64,000 bases of DNA from an uncultured Gammaproteobacteria bacterium (GTDB lineage: Bacteria; Patescibacteriota; Microgenomatia; Daviesbacterales; UBA10151), in the NCBI GenBank assembly GCA_964405655.1, contig CAYOOO010000005.1, positions 6,335 through 70,334 of the forward strand. The letters are read 5' to 3'. The notes below the pieces were generated by a model. It saw nothing but the letters and a program-made list of their open reading frames with translations. It had not been told where the DNA came from and ran no database searches. How positions within the stretch are numbered: the first letter of the stretch is position 1; each line of letters begins with the position of its first letter. Below are positions 1 to 9,953 of this stretch, one piece after another. The position numbers were made by a program, and so were the translations under genes.

Positions 1-26
1 CGCTCTACCAACTGAGCTATGTGCCC
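1..26 (-). tRNA. 5' part of a tRNA gene, truncated by window edge; identity unknown
   Basis: Reverse complement reads GGGCACA-TA-GCTC-AGTTGGTA-GAGC-G: acceptor 5' strand plus canonical D arm. The anticodon lies outside the window. Confidence 0.85.
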
Positions 27-124
27 ATTAAACACAAGAATTCTATCTGAATTTTAATCATTGTGCAAGACTAACTCTCTTCTCCTATTTACAAATCTTT
101 TTTCTGACACTAACATTAAAATAT

Positions 125-364
125 ATGAGTAAGGATGCTAATTTGAACAGATTAGCTGGTAAGGGGTTGTTAAGCAAAAGAAGTATTATGTTTAAAAACT
201 TTTTGGGAGGCATCGCTTGGGGAGTAGGCTCTGTAATTGGAGCTACAGTCATTGTGGCACTGTTTATTTCTTTCCTAAAAACTTTTAACTTCATCCCAAT
301 AATCGGAGAGTTTATCACTCAAATTAGCCAGTATGTTGAGGCAAGTAAGTTTCCTATTAGATAA
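125..364 (+). CDS. Small membrane protein, DUF5665-like
   Basis: NFLGGIAWGVGSVIGATVIV motif followed by PIIG, typical of this CPR family. Confidence 0.7.
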   Translation: MSKDANLNRLAGKGLLSKRSIMFKNFLGGIAWGVGSVIGATVIVALFISFLKTFNFIPIIGEFITQISQYVEASKFPIR

Positions 365-366
365 TC

Positions 367-395
367 TTGACTTAAAGATAGTAGGTGGGTAGAAT
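367..395 (+). promoter_or_regulatory. Sigma-70 promoter of thrS operon
   Basis: TTGACT-17 nt-TAGAAT; GGAGG SD before ATG at 427. Confidence 0.7.
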
Positions 396-426
396 TACTA
401 ACTTGGAAACGATGACCCGGAGGATT

Positions 427-2178
427 ATGGCACAAGACACTAACTTAGAAAACATCAGACACTCCTGTGCCCATCTGCTGGCAGCGGCAGTTGTAAAGCT
501 TTGGCCTGATACTAAAAATACCATAGGTCCTGCAACTGATAATGGCTTCTATTACGATTTTGATTTTAAAAACCCTATCTCTGAAGAAGATTTTTCTAAA
601 ATCGAGGCTGAAATGGCCAAGATTTTAAGAACTTGGGATAAATTTGACAGAGTTGAGGTAACTTTTGAAGAAGCTAAAGAGAGATTTAAAGATAATCCTT
701 ATAAACTGGAGCTGATTGACGAGTTAGAGAAGGAAGGTCAACAAATTACTTTATACAAATCAGGGAACTTCATTGACCTTTGTAAAGGTGGACACTCAGA
801 AAATCCTCAGGAAGATATTGGTGCTATTAAGCTAATTGGTATTGCTGGAGCTTATTGGCGTGGAAATGAGAAAAATAAGATGTTAACCAGAATTTATGGA
901 GCCTGTTTTAGAACTAAGAACGAGCTTGAGGAACATCTTAAACTGCTTGAGGAAGCTAAAAAGAAAGATCATCGAATTTTGGGCGAAAGCTTGGAGCTTT
1001 TCACCACCTCGGTGGAGATTGGACCTGGACTAATTTTATGGTTGCCTAAAGGTACTCTTATTAAAGAAGAGCTAGAGAAACTTGGTAAAGAAACTGAGTT
1101 TAAGTATGGCTACCAGCGGGTTTCAACTCCTCACATTGCCAAAGAATCACTCTACAAACTCTCTGGACATCTGCCTTATTTTGCTACAGATATGTTTCCG
1201 CCAATGAAATCTGAGGAAGGTAATTATTATTTAAAACCAATGAATTGTCCTCATATGCATATGATCTATAAGTCAAAGTTACATTCCTATCGAGATTTTC
1301 CCATTAGGTATGCAGAGTTTGGAACAGTTTATCGGTTTGAGGATAGCGGCACACTGATGGGGCTTTTGAGGGTCCGTGGACATACTCAAAACGATGCCCA
1401 TATTTACTGTGGAAGTGAAGAACAGGCTTTAGAGGAGTTAGTCGCTGTTATGAAGCTTCATGAGTACTATTTTAAAATCTTTGGGATTAAAGACTTTTAT
1501 ATCGAGCTAGCGCTGCCTGATTTTGAAAAAAAGAAGGATAAGTATTTTGATAATCCCAAGGCTTGGGAAAAAGCAGTTAGTCTGTTAAGGAAAGCTGCTA
1601 AACAGTCTGGAGTTGAGGTGGTTGAGGATGTAGGGGGTGCAGCTTTTTATGGTCCAAAATTTGATTTCAATATCAAAAGCGCCACAGGCAGGAAATTTAG
1701 TATTACCACCAACCAGCTGGATTTTGGTTCGGGTGACAGATTCAAATTAAAATTCACTGACCAAGATGGTGCGGAAAAAATTGTCCCTTATATTATCCAC
1801 CGGGCACCTCTTGGGTCAGATGAGAGATTTATTGGTTATTTGATTGAGCTTTTTGGTGGTGCTTTTCCAACTTGGTTGTCACCCACTCAGGTAAAAATTA
1901 TCCCAATCTCAGATAAAAACCTTAGCTATGGACAAAAGCTTTTAGAACAATTTAAAGAGGCTGGGATCAGAGCAGAGCTTGATGACAAAAATTCGACAAT
2001 GCAATCAAAGATCAGAGACGGCCAGCTACAAAAGATACCTTATATGGTAGTTGTTGGCGAAAGAGAAGAAAAAGAGAAAAAGATTACTGTTAGAAGTAGG
2101 CGAGGGGAGAGTAAACCCAATCTGGATCTTAAGATGTTTCTAAAAGATCTTAACAAAGAGATTGCAGACAGAAGCTAA
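427..2178 (+). CDS. thrS: Threonine--tRNA ligase (no N-terminal TGS domain)
   Basis: RHSCAH editing motif, DLCKGGH, KPMNCP, RFEDSG, FYGPK, IHRA; start moved to the ATG behind the SD. Confidence 0.97.
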   Translation: MAQDTNLENIRHSCAHLLAAAVVKLWPDTKNTIGPATDNGFYYDFDFKNPISEEDFSKIEAEMAKILRTWDKFDRVEVTFEEAKERFKDNPYKLELIDELEKEGQQITLYKSGNFIDLCKGGHSENPQEDIGAIKLIGIAGAYWRGNEKNKMLTRIYGACFRTKNELEEHLKLLEEAKKKDHRILGESLELFTTSVEIGPGLILWLPKGTLIKEELEKLGKETEFKYGYQRVSTPHIAKESLYKLSGHLPYFATDMFPPMKSEEGNYYLKPMNCPHMHMIYKSKLHSYRDFPIRYAEFGTVYRFEDSGTLMGLLRVRGHTQNDAHIYCGSEEQALEELVAVMKLHEYYFKIFGIKDFYIELALPDFEKKKDKYFDNPKAWEKAVSLLRKAAKQSGVEVVEDVGGAAFYGPKFDFNIKSATGRKFSITTNQLDFGSGDRFKLKFTDQDGAEKIVPYIIHRAPLGSDERFIGYLIELFGGAFPTWLSPTQVKIIPISDKNLSYGQKLLEQFKEAGIRAELDDKNSTMQSKIRDGQLQKIPYMVVVGEREEKEKKITVRSRRGESKPNLDLKMFLKDLNKEIADRS

Positions 2179-2241
2179 ATTTGCTAGAATTTCTAGGTCT
2201 ATCTAGACTTTTCTAGGTTTGTTTTAAGGAGGTTCTAAGAC

Positions 2242-2790
2242 ATCGGAAAATATTATCGCTTAAACCAAAATATTCATAACCCAAGACTTTTGGTAATTGG
2301 TCCAGATGGCGAGAAGCTTGGAGAGCTAAGCAGAGAAGAGGCAATTGAAAAAGCTAGAGGTTTAGAATTAGATTTGGTTGAAATAGCTCCCAATACTAAA
2401 CCACCAGTAGCAAAAATTTTGGATTTCCAGAAATTCCGCTACGAGGAGAGTAAAAAGGAGCAGGCTGCCAGAAAACATGCTAAGGAGGTTGAGCAAAAAG
2501 AGATTTGGTTAACACCTAGGATTGCTGATCATGACTTAGGAGTCAGACTTAACAGGGTTGAACAGTTTTTAAGCGAAGGTGATAAAATTATGTTTCGGGT
2601 CAAGTTTAAAGGCAGGGAGATGGCCCATTTGGAGTTTGGGTTCCAGCTTTTAAATAAGATCTTTGCTATTTTAGGAGATAAAATAACAATCGAGCGAGAA
2701 CCCAAGGTAGAAGGCAGAAGTATTACAGCTATAATTGGTAAAAGCAGAGGCGGAGGTAAAAATGAAAAAGTTGAAAAAAATAAAACATAA
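2242..2790 (+). CDS. infC: Translation initiation factor IF-3, probable ATC start
   Basis: LDLVEIAP..PPVAKILDF, FKGRE; AAGGAGG at 2226-2232 followed by in-frame ATC at 2242, adding YRLNQNI. Confidence 0.93.
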   Translation: MGKYYRLNQNIHNPRLLVIGPDGEKLGELSREEAIEKARGLELDLVEIAPNTKPPVAKILDFQKFRYEESKKEQAARKHAKEVEQKEIWLTPRIADHDLGVRLNRVEQFLSEGDKIMFRVKFKGREMAHLEFGFQLLNKIFAILGDKITIEREPKVEGRSITAIIGKSRGGGKNEKVEKNKT

Positions 2791-2974
2791 AACTAAAAAG
2801 GCTTTAATCAAGCGTATCAAGATTACTGGGACTGGTAAGATTATGCGCTCTCACCAACTGCGCTCAGGTCACTTGAGAAGAAATAAAAGCAAACGGACCC
2901 TAAGACGTCATGCTAAAGCTACACCTGTCTCTAAAACAGCCTTAAAATCTATTAAAAGAATGTTAGGAATATAA
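2762..2974 (+). CDS. rpmI: 50S ribosomal protein L35
   Basis: KTKKALIKRIKITGTGK; infC-rpmI-rplT synteny. Confidence 0.93.
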   Translation: MKKLKKIKHKTKKALIKRIKITGTGKIMRSHQLRSGHLRRNKSKRTLRRHAKATPVSKTALKSIKRMLGI

Positions 2975-2975
2975 T

Positions 2976-3323
2976 ATGGCCCGAATTAAAAGAGGAGTTA
3001 CCTCACATAGAAAACATAAAAAAGTACTTAGGCTAACCAAAGGTCATGTTGGTGGTCGAAGCAAGCTAATCAGAAGAGCAAAAGAGTCTCTTCTTCATGC
3101 TGGCCAATATGCTTTTGCCGGTAGAAAACTTAGAAAAAGAGATATGAGAAGACTTTGGATAGTTCAATTGGGCAATGCTGTCAGAGCAGAAGGATTAAGT
3201 TACTCAAGGTTTATCTCTCAACTACGAACTCATAACATTAAACTAGATCGTAAGATCTTGGCTGATCTAGCTATTAATCACCCTGAAGACCTCAAGCAAA
3301 TCATCTCCCAAGTCACCAAATAA
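2976..3323 (+). CDS. rplT: 50S ribosomal protein L20
   Basis: MARIKRG, RRLWI, LDRKILADLA. Confidence 0.97.
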   Translation: MARIKRGVTSHRKHKKVLRLTKGHVGGRSKLIRRAKESLLHAGQYAFAGRKLRKRDMRRLWIVQLGNAVRAEGLSYSRFISQLRTHNIKLDRKILADLAINHPEDLKQIISQVTK

Positions 3324-3324
3324 T

Positions 3325-3341
3325 CAAGCTATAGTAGCTTG
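3325..3341 (+). terminator. Short hairpin after rplT
   Basis: CAAGCTA-tag-TAGCTTG directly after the stop; weak U-tract. Confidence 0.35.
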
Positions 3342-3369
3342 GATTCCTTTGTGCTAGAATTTTATCCAA

Positions 3370-4407
3370 ATGCAAGAAAAGCTTGTTAGTATTAAACAAA
3401 AATACCTAGATCAAATTAACAAGGCTAAAGATCTGAAAGAGCTTGACCAAATTTTTTTGGCGCTTTTTGGGAAATCTGGCCAACTCACTTTGCTACCCAA
3501 GCAGTTTCCAAAAATCAGCCAAGAAGAACGCAAGAGGGTCGGACCTTTATTTAATTCTGTTAAACAGGAACTAGAAAATGCTATTACTCAAAAAAGAGCA
3601 GAAGTTAGAGAAAGAAATTATGCCAAGTTAGCATCTGAAAGTCCCGAATTAGTTAAAACTGAAATAAAAAAACGGGAGGGCAACCTCCATCCCATTACTG
3701 AATTTGAAAATAAAATTGCAGATTTGTTTAAAAAAATTGGCTTTCAACAGTTTGATGGCCCCCATATTGATACTGATGAATATAATTTTGGCTTGTTAAA
3801 CATTCCTCCAGAGCATCCGGCCAGAGATATGTGGGATACCTTATATATAAAAGGCCATAATGAGCAGGCAGAAGGAGAATTACTTCTTAGAACCCATACT
3901 TCTGATGCCCAGGCTCATATTATGAAGCAATATAAACCACCAATCAGAATGATGATTATTGGACGTTGTTTCAGATATGAGAACCTAGACCCGAGGCACG
4001 AACACACCTTTGATCAATTTGAAATTGTTTATATTGATAAAGGTTTAAGTTTGGCTAATTTACAGTATCTTTCCGAGTATTTATTCAGGGGTATGCTGGG
4101 TGAGAATACTAAAGTTAGACTGTCTCCGGGTTACTATCCCTTTACCGAGCCTAGTGCCCATATCTTTGGCTCCTGCATTTTTTGTAAAGGTAAGGGGTGT
4201 CAGGTTTGTGGAGCAACAGGGGAGTTAGAGCTGGCTGGAGCCGGGATGATCCATCCTAATGTACTTAGAAACTGTGGGATAGATCCAGAAGTTTATTCAG
4301 GAATTGCTTGGGGTGTTGGACCAGGTAGAATGGCTATGCTTAAATATGATGTTGCAGACTTGAGGCTTTTTAACAGTGGGGACTTAAAGTTTTTACAGAA
4401 GCTCTAG
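3370..4407 (+). CDS. pheS: Phenylalanine--tRNA ligase alpha subunit
   Basis: HPARDMWDT, LLRTHTS, YYPFTEPS, CxxCxGxGCxxC, GAGMIHP. Confidence 0.97.
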   Translation: MQEKLVSIKQKYLDQINKAKDLKELDQIFLALFGKSGQLTLLPKQFPKISQEERKRVGPLFNSVKQELENAITQKRAEVRERNYAKLASESPELVKTEIKKREGNLHPITEFENKIADLFKKIGFQQFDGPHIDTDEYNFGLLNIPPEHPARDMWDTLYIKGHNEQAEGELLLRTHTSDAQAHIMKQYKPPIRMMIIGRCFRYENLDPRHEHTFDQFEIVYIDKGLSLANLQYLSEYLFRGMLGENTKVRLSPGYYPFTEPSAHIFGSCIFCKGKGCQVCGATGELELAGAGMIHPNVLRNCGIDPEVYSGIAWGVGPGRMAMLKYDVADLRLFNSGDLKFLQKL

Positions 4408-4413
4408 AGTTGG

Positions 4414-4450
4414 GACAATAAGTCGCTACCGCGATTGAATGTTCCAATTA
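4414..4450. repeat. Solo copy of the palindromic repeat that flanks the Cas2/PaaX-like gene
   Basis: gacaataagtcgctaccgcgattgaatgttccaatta matches 39131-39167 at 32/37; core TCGC-N4-GCGA. Confidence 0.85.
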
Positions 4451-4456
4451 AATATT

Positions 4457-6172
4457 ATGAAAGTATCAATTGATTGGTTAAAAGATCTAGTTAATTTAAA
4501 AGTTTCTTTAGATGAGCTCATCCGTCTGATTCCTCTTCGAACAATTGGCTTAAAAGAGGTTACCCCTGATTTTTTAGAACTTGACATGAAAGGTTATAAC
4601 CGGGCAGATCTTTTATCCTTAAGAGGAGTGGCTTATGAGGTTGCAGCAATTACTGACTCTCAAGTTAAGTTTGAGGAACTAGGTGAGGATAAACTCCTTT
4701 GGATAGAACAAACTTTTCCATCCCTCAATGTCAAAGTTGAGGATGGGAAACTGGCTCCGGTTTATTGTTTGGTTAAAATATCCGGCTTAAAAGTTGCCCC
4801 TTCAGAAGATACTTGGGTTAAGAAACTGGCTGACTCAGGGATCAGATCCGTTAATAACTTAGCTGATATTACAAATTTAGTAATGATTGAGTATGGCCAA
4901 CCTCTTCATGCCTTTGATGCCAAAGCAGTCAAAGATGAAACCATTGTTGTCAGAACTGCCAAAAAAGGAGAGAGGCTTACCACATTGGATGGAAAAACCA
5001 GAGACTTAACAGAAGAGGATTTGTTAATTACTGATCCACAAAATGCTTTAGGAATAGCTGGAGTGATGGGAGGTAAAGATTCTGAAGTCTCAGAAACTAC
5101 AACCACAATTTTACTGGAGGCTGCAATTTTTAATCCTACAAGTATCAGAAGAACTGCTACCAGGCAAAAGCTGATCTCTGAGGCAAGTAAAAGATTTTAT
5201 CATGGGTTAACCCAAAAGAGATTGTTTCAAGCGCTAGATGCTGCCATTAAGATGTATCAAGATCTGGGTGGAAAGCTAGAAGGGTTAACAATTATTGGAG
5301 ATACCCAAGATCAAGTTAAAACAATTAAATTAACTCAGGAAAAGATTAACTCCCTTATTGGCGTAGATATCCCACCAGTGCAAGTGGAATCATTTTTGAA
5401 AAAATTAGGTTTCCACCTCGAAGGTGTAGGCTCAAACTCATGGCAAATCACTCTACCTTACTTTAGGCCAGATATTAACATTGAGGAGGATTTGATTGAG
5501 GAAGTTGCCAGGATGTATGGTTATGAGAAAATCCCATCAAAAGAGCTTAGGGGAAAGCTACCTAAAAAGATTGACCAGTCTCTTTTTGATTTAATTTATG
5601 ATCTTAAAAAAGCTTTAGTAGATATTGGTTTAACAGAAGTTCAAACTTACTCTTTTTACTCAACCCAGGTATTAAGCACATTAGGCTGGAATGAAGAAGA
5701 TAGAAAAAAACATCTGGTTAGAATTGCTAATCCCATTTCTTCTGAAACAGAGTTTATGCGTCAAAATATCTGGCCTAATTTAATTGAGGTGGTTGCTAAA
5801 AATTTAAAACAAGGTTTTGATGATATCGCTATATTTGAGCTTGGAAAAATGTATTGCTTAAATGAAAAGAATCACCCTGAAGAGGGGTATAGTTTGGCTA
5901 TAGCTTTAATGAACAATTCAGACTCGCCTGTTCTTGAACTGAATCAAATGCTCAAGAGCCTGAATGAGCAAATCAAGCTAAAATTGACTGTCGATAAAGA
6001 CACATCACCTCAAGTTTCATCCCATCTATTTCACCCAACCAGGTTTTACTCTCTAAAATTAGGGGAAAAAAGAGTTGGAGGCATGGCTGAAGTTCATCCT
6101 AAAGTGCTTTTTAACTTTGGGATAGATAAGCGAGTAGCTATACTCCAGCTTGATTTAAAGGAGCTAATATGA
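4457..6172 (+). CDS. pheT: Phenylalanine--tRNA ligase beta subunit, short form (appears to lack B2 and C-terminal B8 domains)
   Basis: MKVSIDWL start, NRADLLS, DITNLVMIEYGQPLHAFD, RPDINIEEDLIEEVARMYGY; the upstream ATG at 4439 lies inside the repeat. Confidence 0.95.
   Translation: MKVSIDWLKDLVNLKVSLDELIRLIPLRTIGLKEVTPDFLELDMKGYNRADLLSLRGVAYEVAAITDSQVKFEELGEDKLLWIEQTFPSLNVKVEDGKLAPVYCLVKISGLKVAPSEDTWVKKLADSGIRSVNNLADITNLVMIEYGQPLHAFDAKAVKDETIVVRTAKKGERLTTLDGKTRDLTEEDLLITDPQNALGIAGVMGGKDSEVSETTTTILLEAAIFNPTSIRRTATRQKLISEASKRFYHGLTQKRLFQALDAAIKMYQDLGGKLEGLTIIGDTQDQVKTIKLTQEKINSLIGVDIPPVQVESFLKKLGFHLEGVGSNSWQITLPYFRPDINIEEDLIEEVARMYGYEKIPSKELRGKLPKKIDQSLFDLIYDLKKALVDIGLTEVQTYSFYSTQVLSTLGWNEEDRKKHLVRIANPISSETEFMRQNIWPNLIEVVAKNLKQGFDDIAIFELGKMYCLNEKNHPEEGYSLAIALMNNSDSPVLELNQMLKSLNEQIKLKLTVDKDTSPQVSSHLFHPTRFYSLKLGEKRVGGMAEVHPKVLFNFGIDKRVAILQLDLKELI
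5412..5428. repeat. REP-like palindrome inside pheT
   Basis: TCCACCTCGAAGGTGTA, similar to 60508-60524 and 63237-63249; encodes FHLEGV. Confidence 0.55.
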
Positions 6173-6432
6173 AACTTGAGTCTTTGTTTAGGGGGTGTAA
6201 CCCATCTGATTGTGGATTGGACAGTCAAAACTGTGCTTTGGCAAGAATTGTAAAAAAGGTCAGTCCAGATGATACAGATGCTAGCAATTTCATTATTATG
6301 AGACTAGTCTCTTGTCAGAATTTACCTGCATCAGAAAAAGCAATCCAGGAGAATTATGGTTGTAGAGTACCAAGTTCGATGAGATCAACTTTAAGAAGGC
6401 TTAAAGAGCCACAGTTACCCCAACTGAAGTAG
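6169..6432 (+). CDS. Hypothetical small Cys-containing protein
   Basis: ATGA overlap with pheT stop; 5 Cys; no recognised family. Confidence 0.5.
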   Translation: MKLESLFRGCNPSDCGLDSQNCALARIVKKVSPDDTDASNFIIMRLVSCQNLPASEKAIQENYGCRVPSSMRSTLRRLKEPQLPQLK

Positions 6433-8962
6433 AAAAGGTTCCGCCGTTATTATCTTCAAGCGTGGCAGTGATAGTATGCGATCCCTTATCACCCACTGGA
6501 AATTCAACATGCAAAGCAAAAGGCTCTGTGGTTAAGGTTGATTTTAGCGCCCCATCTATTGTCCAGGTGACTTTTTTAACCCCAAAAGGAGAGTTGGTTT
6601 TAGCCAAAACATCAAAGACTCTAGGAACATTGGCCCCATTGGTAATATTAACAATCGAGATAACTCCTCCAGTTGACCCTCCTCCTAAGAATCCAGGGAT
6701 TCCACTACAACCCTTAGTTGCTCCAACTAATCTGGCATCAGAGGCTGTTAAGACCCACTGATCTATCCCAGTCTGCCACTTATTAGCACCTGTTGGGTCA
6801 TCTTCTTTTAGAACAACAACATCTTTCTCTTCTGCATCCTCACCATCACCTGCTAACCTATGAGGATTGCTCTTACAAACTTTTGCTCGTTGGTAAGCTG
6901 GTGAGCTATCTTTAGGTTCAGTTCCTTTAAGAAAATATTCTTTACGGGTAGGCGAACCATCTTTGGGTTTACCACCCATTAATCCATCAACATCAATATA
7001 GGAGACATCAGAAGGTGCATCAAACTTTTCATCAGGTAAGTCCTTAAGGGCGGCAATCATAATCTTTTGCCAGATGGGGGAGGCTCCTGTCACTCCTGAG
7101 GCAATCGCTGGATTCATTACCGAGTTATCATTATTTCCAACCCAAACACCAACTGCCCGGGATTTGGTGAAACCTACTGTCCAGTTATCTCTTTTTTCAT
7201 CTGTGGTTCCGGTTTTAACTGCGACTGTTTTTCCAGGTACATTTAAAACTGAATTAGAACCAAAAGCTGCGCTTCTTGCTCCATTATCCGACAGAATCGA
7301 AGATATTATATATGCCACACCTTCATCTAAAACTTTAACACCATCTGATTCCCGGTACTCATAAAGTGTTTTACCTTTTGAGTCTGTCACTTTAAGAATC
7401 GTGACTGGATCCTGCTTTCTTCCTTCGTTACCAAAAACTGCAAAAGCCGAAGTCAAATCAAGTAACCTAACTTCACGTCCACCTAAAGTTAGGGATAAAC
7501 CCACAGAATTAACATTTTCCTCAGTAGGTTCCCAACTAGTCAAACCCATTCTGTAACCTAAATCCATGACATTTTTAACTCCTGCTAAAGCTAGCATCTT
7601 AACAGCTGGGATATTATAGGAGTTACCAAGGGCGTATCTGACTTGAACCACACCATGATATTGACCATCATAGTTAACTGGAATATAGGTAGGTTTATTA
7701 CCTCCTGGAAACTCTGTTTTAACATCCACAATAGGGGAGGCAGCAGTATAGCCTTTTTGTAAACCAACTGAGTAGGTAATAGGCTTGGTAGCTGACCCTG
7801 GTTGCCTTTGACCAAGCGCGACATTAACATTTGGTTCAAAGACACAATTTTTACCTTCAGTGCAATCCGCTGGTTCAGATTTAGAGAAATAATCCTTTGA
7901 TCCAACCATCGCTAAAACCTGACCATTTTTGGGATTAATTACTACTGAGGCACCATTGCCAACTTTAAAATCCTTAAGTTTATCAATCTCATCTTTAACA
8001 ATCTTCTGAGCTTGCTCTTGAAGGTCATAGTCAAGTGTGGTGGTGACTCTTAAACCGCCTTTCTCAACTAGGGCATCGCCGAACTGATCAATCAATTTTT
8101 GTTTGACATACAATACAAAATGAGGAGCTTTAAAACCAATCTCATTTTGAGTAGTGCGATATTCAAGCGGTTGTTTTTTAGCCTCATCAGCCTGCTCTTT
8201 AGTAATGTATTGCTCTTCAATCATCCTTCTTAAAACCTCTGCCTGCCTTTCTTTAGCCAGTTCTGGATGGGTACCATAAGGAGAATAGACAGAAGGCCGT
8301 TGTGGTAACCCAGCTAAAAGCGAGGCCTCAGCAAGATTTAAATCCTTGACATGTTTACCAAAGTAAAGATTGGCAGCTGCCTCTATACCATAAGCAGTTC
8401 CACCATAAGGGATCTCATTTAAATACATCTCCAAGATTTGGTCTTTGCTATAAGTTCTCTCAGCCTGAATAGCCAATATCAACTCTTTGACCTTTCTGAT
8501 CAAACTTCTTTCTGAGGTTAAAAGAGCGTTTTTAACCAGCTGCTGAGTCAGCGTTGAACCTCCCTCAATCCTTCGGTGAACAACTAGTTCGTAGAAAGCC
8601 CTAAATATTCCTGAAATGGAAAAACCCTTATGTTTATAAAAATCTTTATCCTCAATTGAGATAGTTGCGAATTTAACAACATCTGGTACTTCTGAGAGCT
8701 TAATCGGGGTGCGGTTTTGATTTTGGAAGATATCATAGAGCAGCTGGCCATCCCGATCATAAATTTTAGTTGCCTGGGCAATAGTTCTACTCTGAAGCTG
8801 CTCAGGAGAGGGTACCTGGGTAAAAAAGAAGATCACCAACCCAATAAAGACTGCCAGCCCAATTAAAAAACCCTTAAGACCAATCGCACTAATAAAAGAG
8901 AGTAGTTTCAACTTAGCTGCTCCCGAATAGTCAGGATAACGACGTAATCTTCTAAAAGCCAT
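6401..8962 (-). CDS. Class A penicillin-binding protein (PBP1A family) with C-terminal Ig-like domain
   Basis: EDKDFYKH, GGSTLTQQL, RKVKE, QPGSATK, SYN, KTGTT. Confidence 0.95.
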   Translation of the reverse strand: MAFRRLRRYPDYSGAAKLKLLSFISAIGLKGFLIGLAVFIGLVIFFFTQVPSPEQLQSRTIAQATKIYDRDGQLLYDIFQNQNRTPIKLSEVPDVVKFATISIEDKDFYKHKGFSISGIFRAFYELVVHRRIEGGSTLTQQLVKNALLTSERSLIRKVKELILAIQAERTYSKDQILEMYLNEIPYGGTAYGIEAAANLYFGKHVKDLNLAEASLLAGLPQRPSVYSPYGTHPELAKERQAEVLRRMIEEQYITKEQADEAKKQPLEYRTTQNEIGFKAPHFVLYVKQKLIDQFGDALVEKGGLRVTTTLDYDLQEQAQKIVKDEIDKLKDFKVGNGASVVINPKNGQVLAMVGSKDYFSKSEPADCTEGKNCVFEPNVNVALGQRQPGSATKPITYSVGLQKGYTAASPIVDVKTEFPGGNKPTYIPVNYDGQYHGVVQVRYALGNSYNIPAVKMLALAGVKNVMDLGYRMGLTSWEPTEENVNSVGLSLTLGGREVRLLDLTSAFAVFGNEGRKQDPVTILKVTDSKGKTLYEYRESDGVKVLDEGVAYIISSILSDNGARSAAFGSNSVLNVPGKTVAVKTGTTDEKRDNWTVGFTKSRAVGVWVGNNDNSVMNPAIASGVTGASPIWQKIMIAALKDLPDEKFDAPSDVSYIDVDGLMGGKPKDGSPTRKEYFLKGTEPKDSSPAYQRAKVCKSNPHRLAGDGEDAEEKDVVVLKEDDPTGANKWQTGIDQWVLTASDARLVGATKGCSGIPGFLGGGSTGGVISIVNITNGANVPRVFDVLAKTNSPFGVKKVTWTIDGALKSTLTTEPFALHVEFPVGDKGSHTITATLEDNNGGTFSTSVGVTVAL

Positions 8963-9036
8963 AGCGTTAAGAAGATTATATCTTAAAAAGATACAAGAGC
9001 GTAGCGATTATATCAAAGTTATGCATAAATTGTAGG

Positions 9037-9585
9037 TTAGAATACTAGTTTATATAGTTTAGAACTCAGGCGGGTTTTAGCATACTTTTTAATCAGTTCA
9101 AAACCACCAATAAAGGTAGCAGTGTAAAAGATATCCCCAAGTAAGGTATTTTTGTAAAAGGGGATGGCGCTTATATAGCTTTGGAGTAAACCAGTTAAAT
9201 CTTTTGAATAAGTTGAGACTGGGTTTGACCAAACAGCTAAATTAGTCAGAAGATAAAAAAGTGTTGAGGAAAACAGGGTTGCTCCAAAAATAAGCAAGGG
9301 GTTTTTGTGAGGCTTCAACCACAAACCAATCAGACCAATTAGCAAAAAACTTCCATAAACACTAATCATGTCTAAGCCATAAAAGCCAATAGAGAGATCA
9401 CTGATAAAAAGAGCACTTATAGGCAAAACAAAAGCAAATTTTTTAGGCAGATAAACACCGGAAAATAAAGCTATAGCTGTAATTGGAGCAAAATTAGGTG
9501 GGTGAGGCAGGAGTCTTAAGACTACCCCAATCAATATCATCAAAACTGGTGCTAACTTTAAATCTTTAATCACTTTAAATCCCAT
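9037..9585 (-). CDS. ECF S-component-like membrane protein (DUF6580/BtuM-like), putative cobalamin transporter
   Basis: LRLLPHPPNFAPITAIALFSG, SSTLFYLLTN, AIPFYKNTLLGD. Confidence 0.8.
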   Translation of the reverse strand: MGFKVIKDLKLAPVLMILIGVVLRLLPHPPNFAPITAIALFSGVYLPKKFAFVLPISALFISDLSIGFYGLDMISVYGSFLLIGLIGLWLKPHKNPLLIFGATLFSSTLFYLLTNLAVWSNPVSTYSKDLTGLLQSYISAIPFYKNTLLGDIFYTATFIGGFELIKKYAKTRLSSKLYKLVF

Positions 9586-9953
9586 TCTATTTTCTCATTA
9601 TCCTGGCATGTGTAGGCAGAGGCACCAATTGTGGCTTCTTGACCATCAATTGAATAAAGCCAGTATTTACCATCACCTTGGCTAACTCCATTTATTGCAG
9701 TCACCATCTTACCTAAAGCGCTGTCAGTATACTCAACACTTTTAGTACTTTTCTGCAAAGCTTCAAATGCAGTTTTGCCTTTTTGGCACTGATAGGAGAT
9801 TTTACTAGTTTGAGAAGCTGCTGACAAAGAGGCAGTAGGTTCTTCTTGAGAGAAGGGTTTAAGAGGTCTTGAGGAACTAATTAAATAGGTGGTAGCTGCA
9901 ATCAAAACCAAAACAACTATAAATCCCACCAGCAAGTTTAAGTTCTTATTCAT
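9570..9953 (-). CDS. DUF4430 / transcobalamin-like membrane-anchored protein
   Basis: N-terminal TM; KTAFEAL, MVTAING, YWLYSIDGQEATIGA..D..KIEW. Confidence 0.8.
   Translation of the reverse strand: MNKNLNLLVGFIVVLVLIAATTYLISSSRPLKPFSQEEPTASLSAASQTSKISYQCQKGKTAFEALQKSTKSVEYTDSALGKMVTAINGVSQGDGKYWLYSIDGQEATIGASAYTCQDNEKIEWDLK

Noticed and set aside
8989-9009. Fourth copy of the Cas2-associated repeat (agatacaa...tagcgatt)
   Set aside because: Spacing is 5 nt shorter and the left TCGC arm is missing; may be chance
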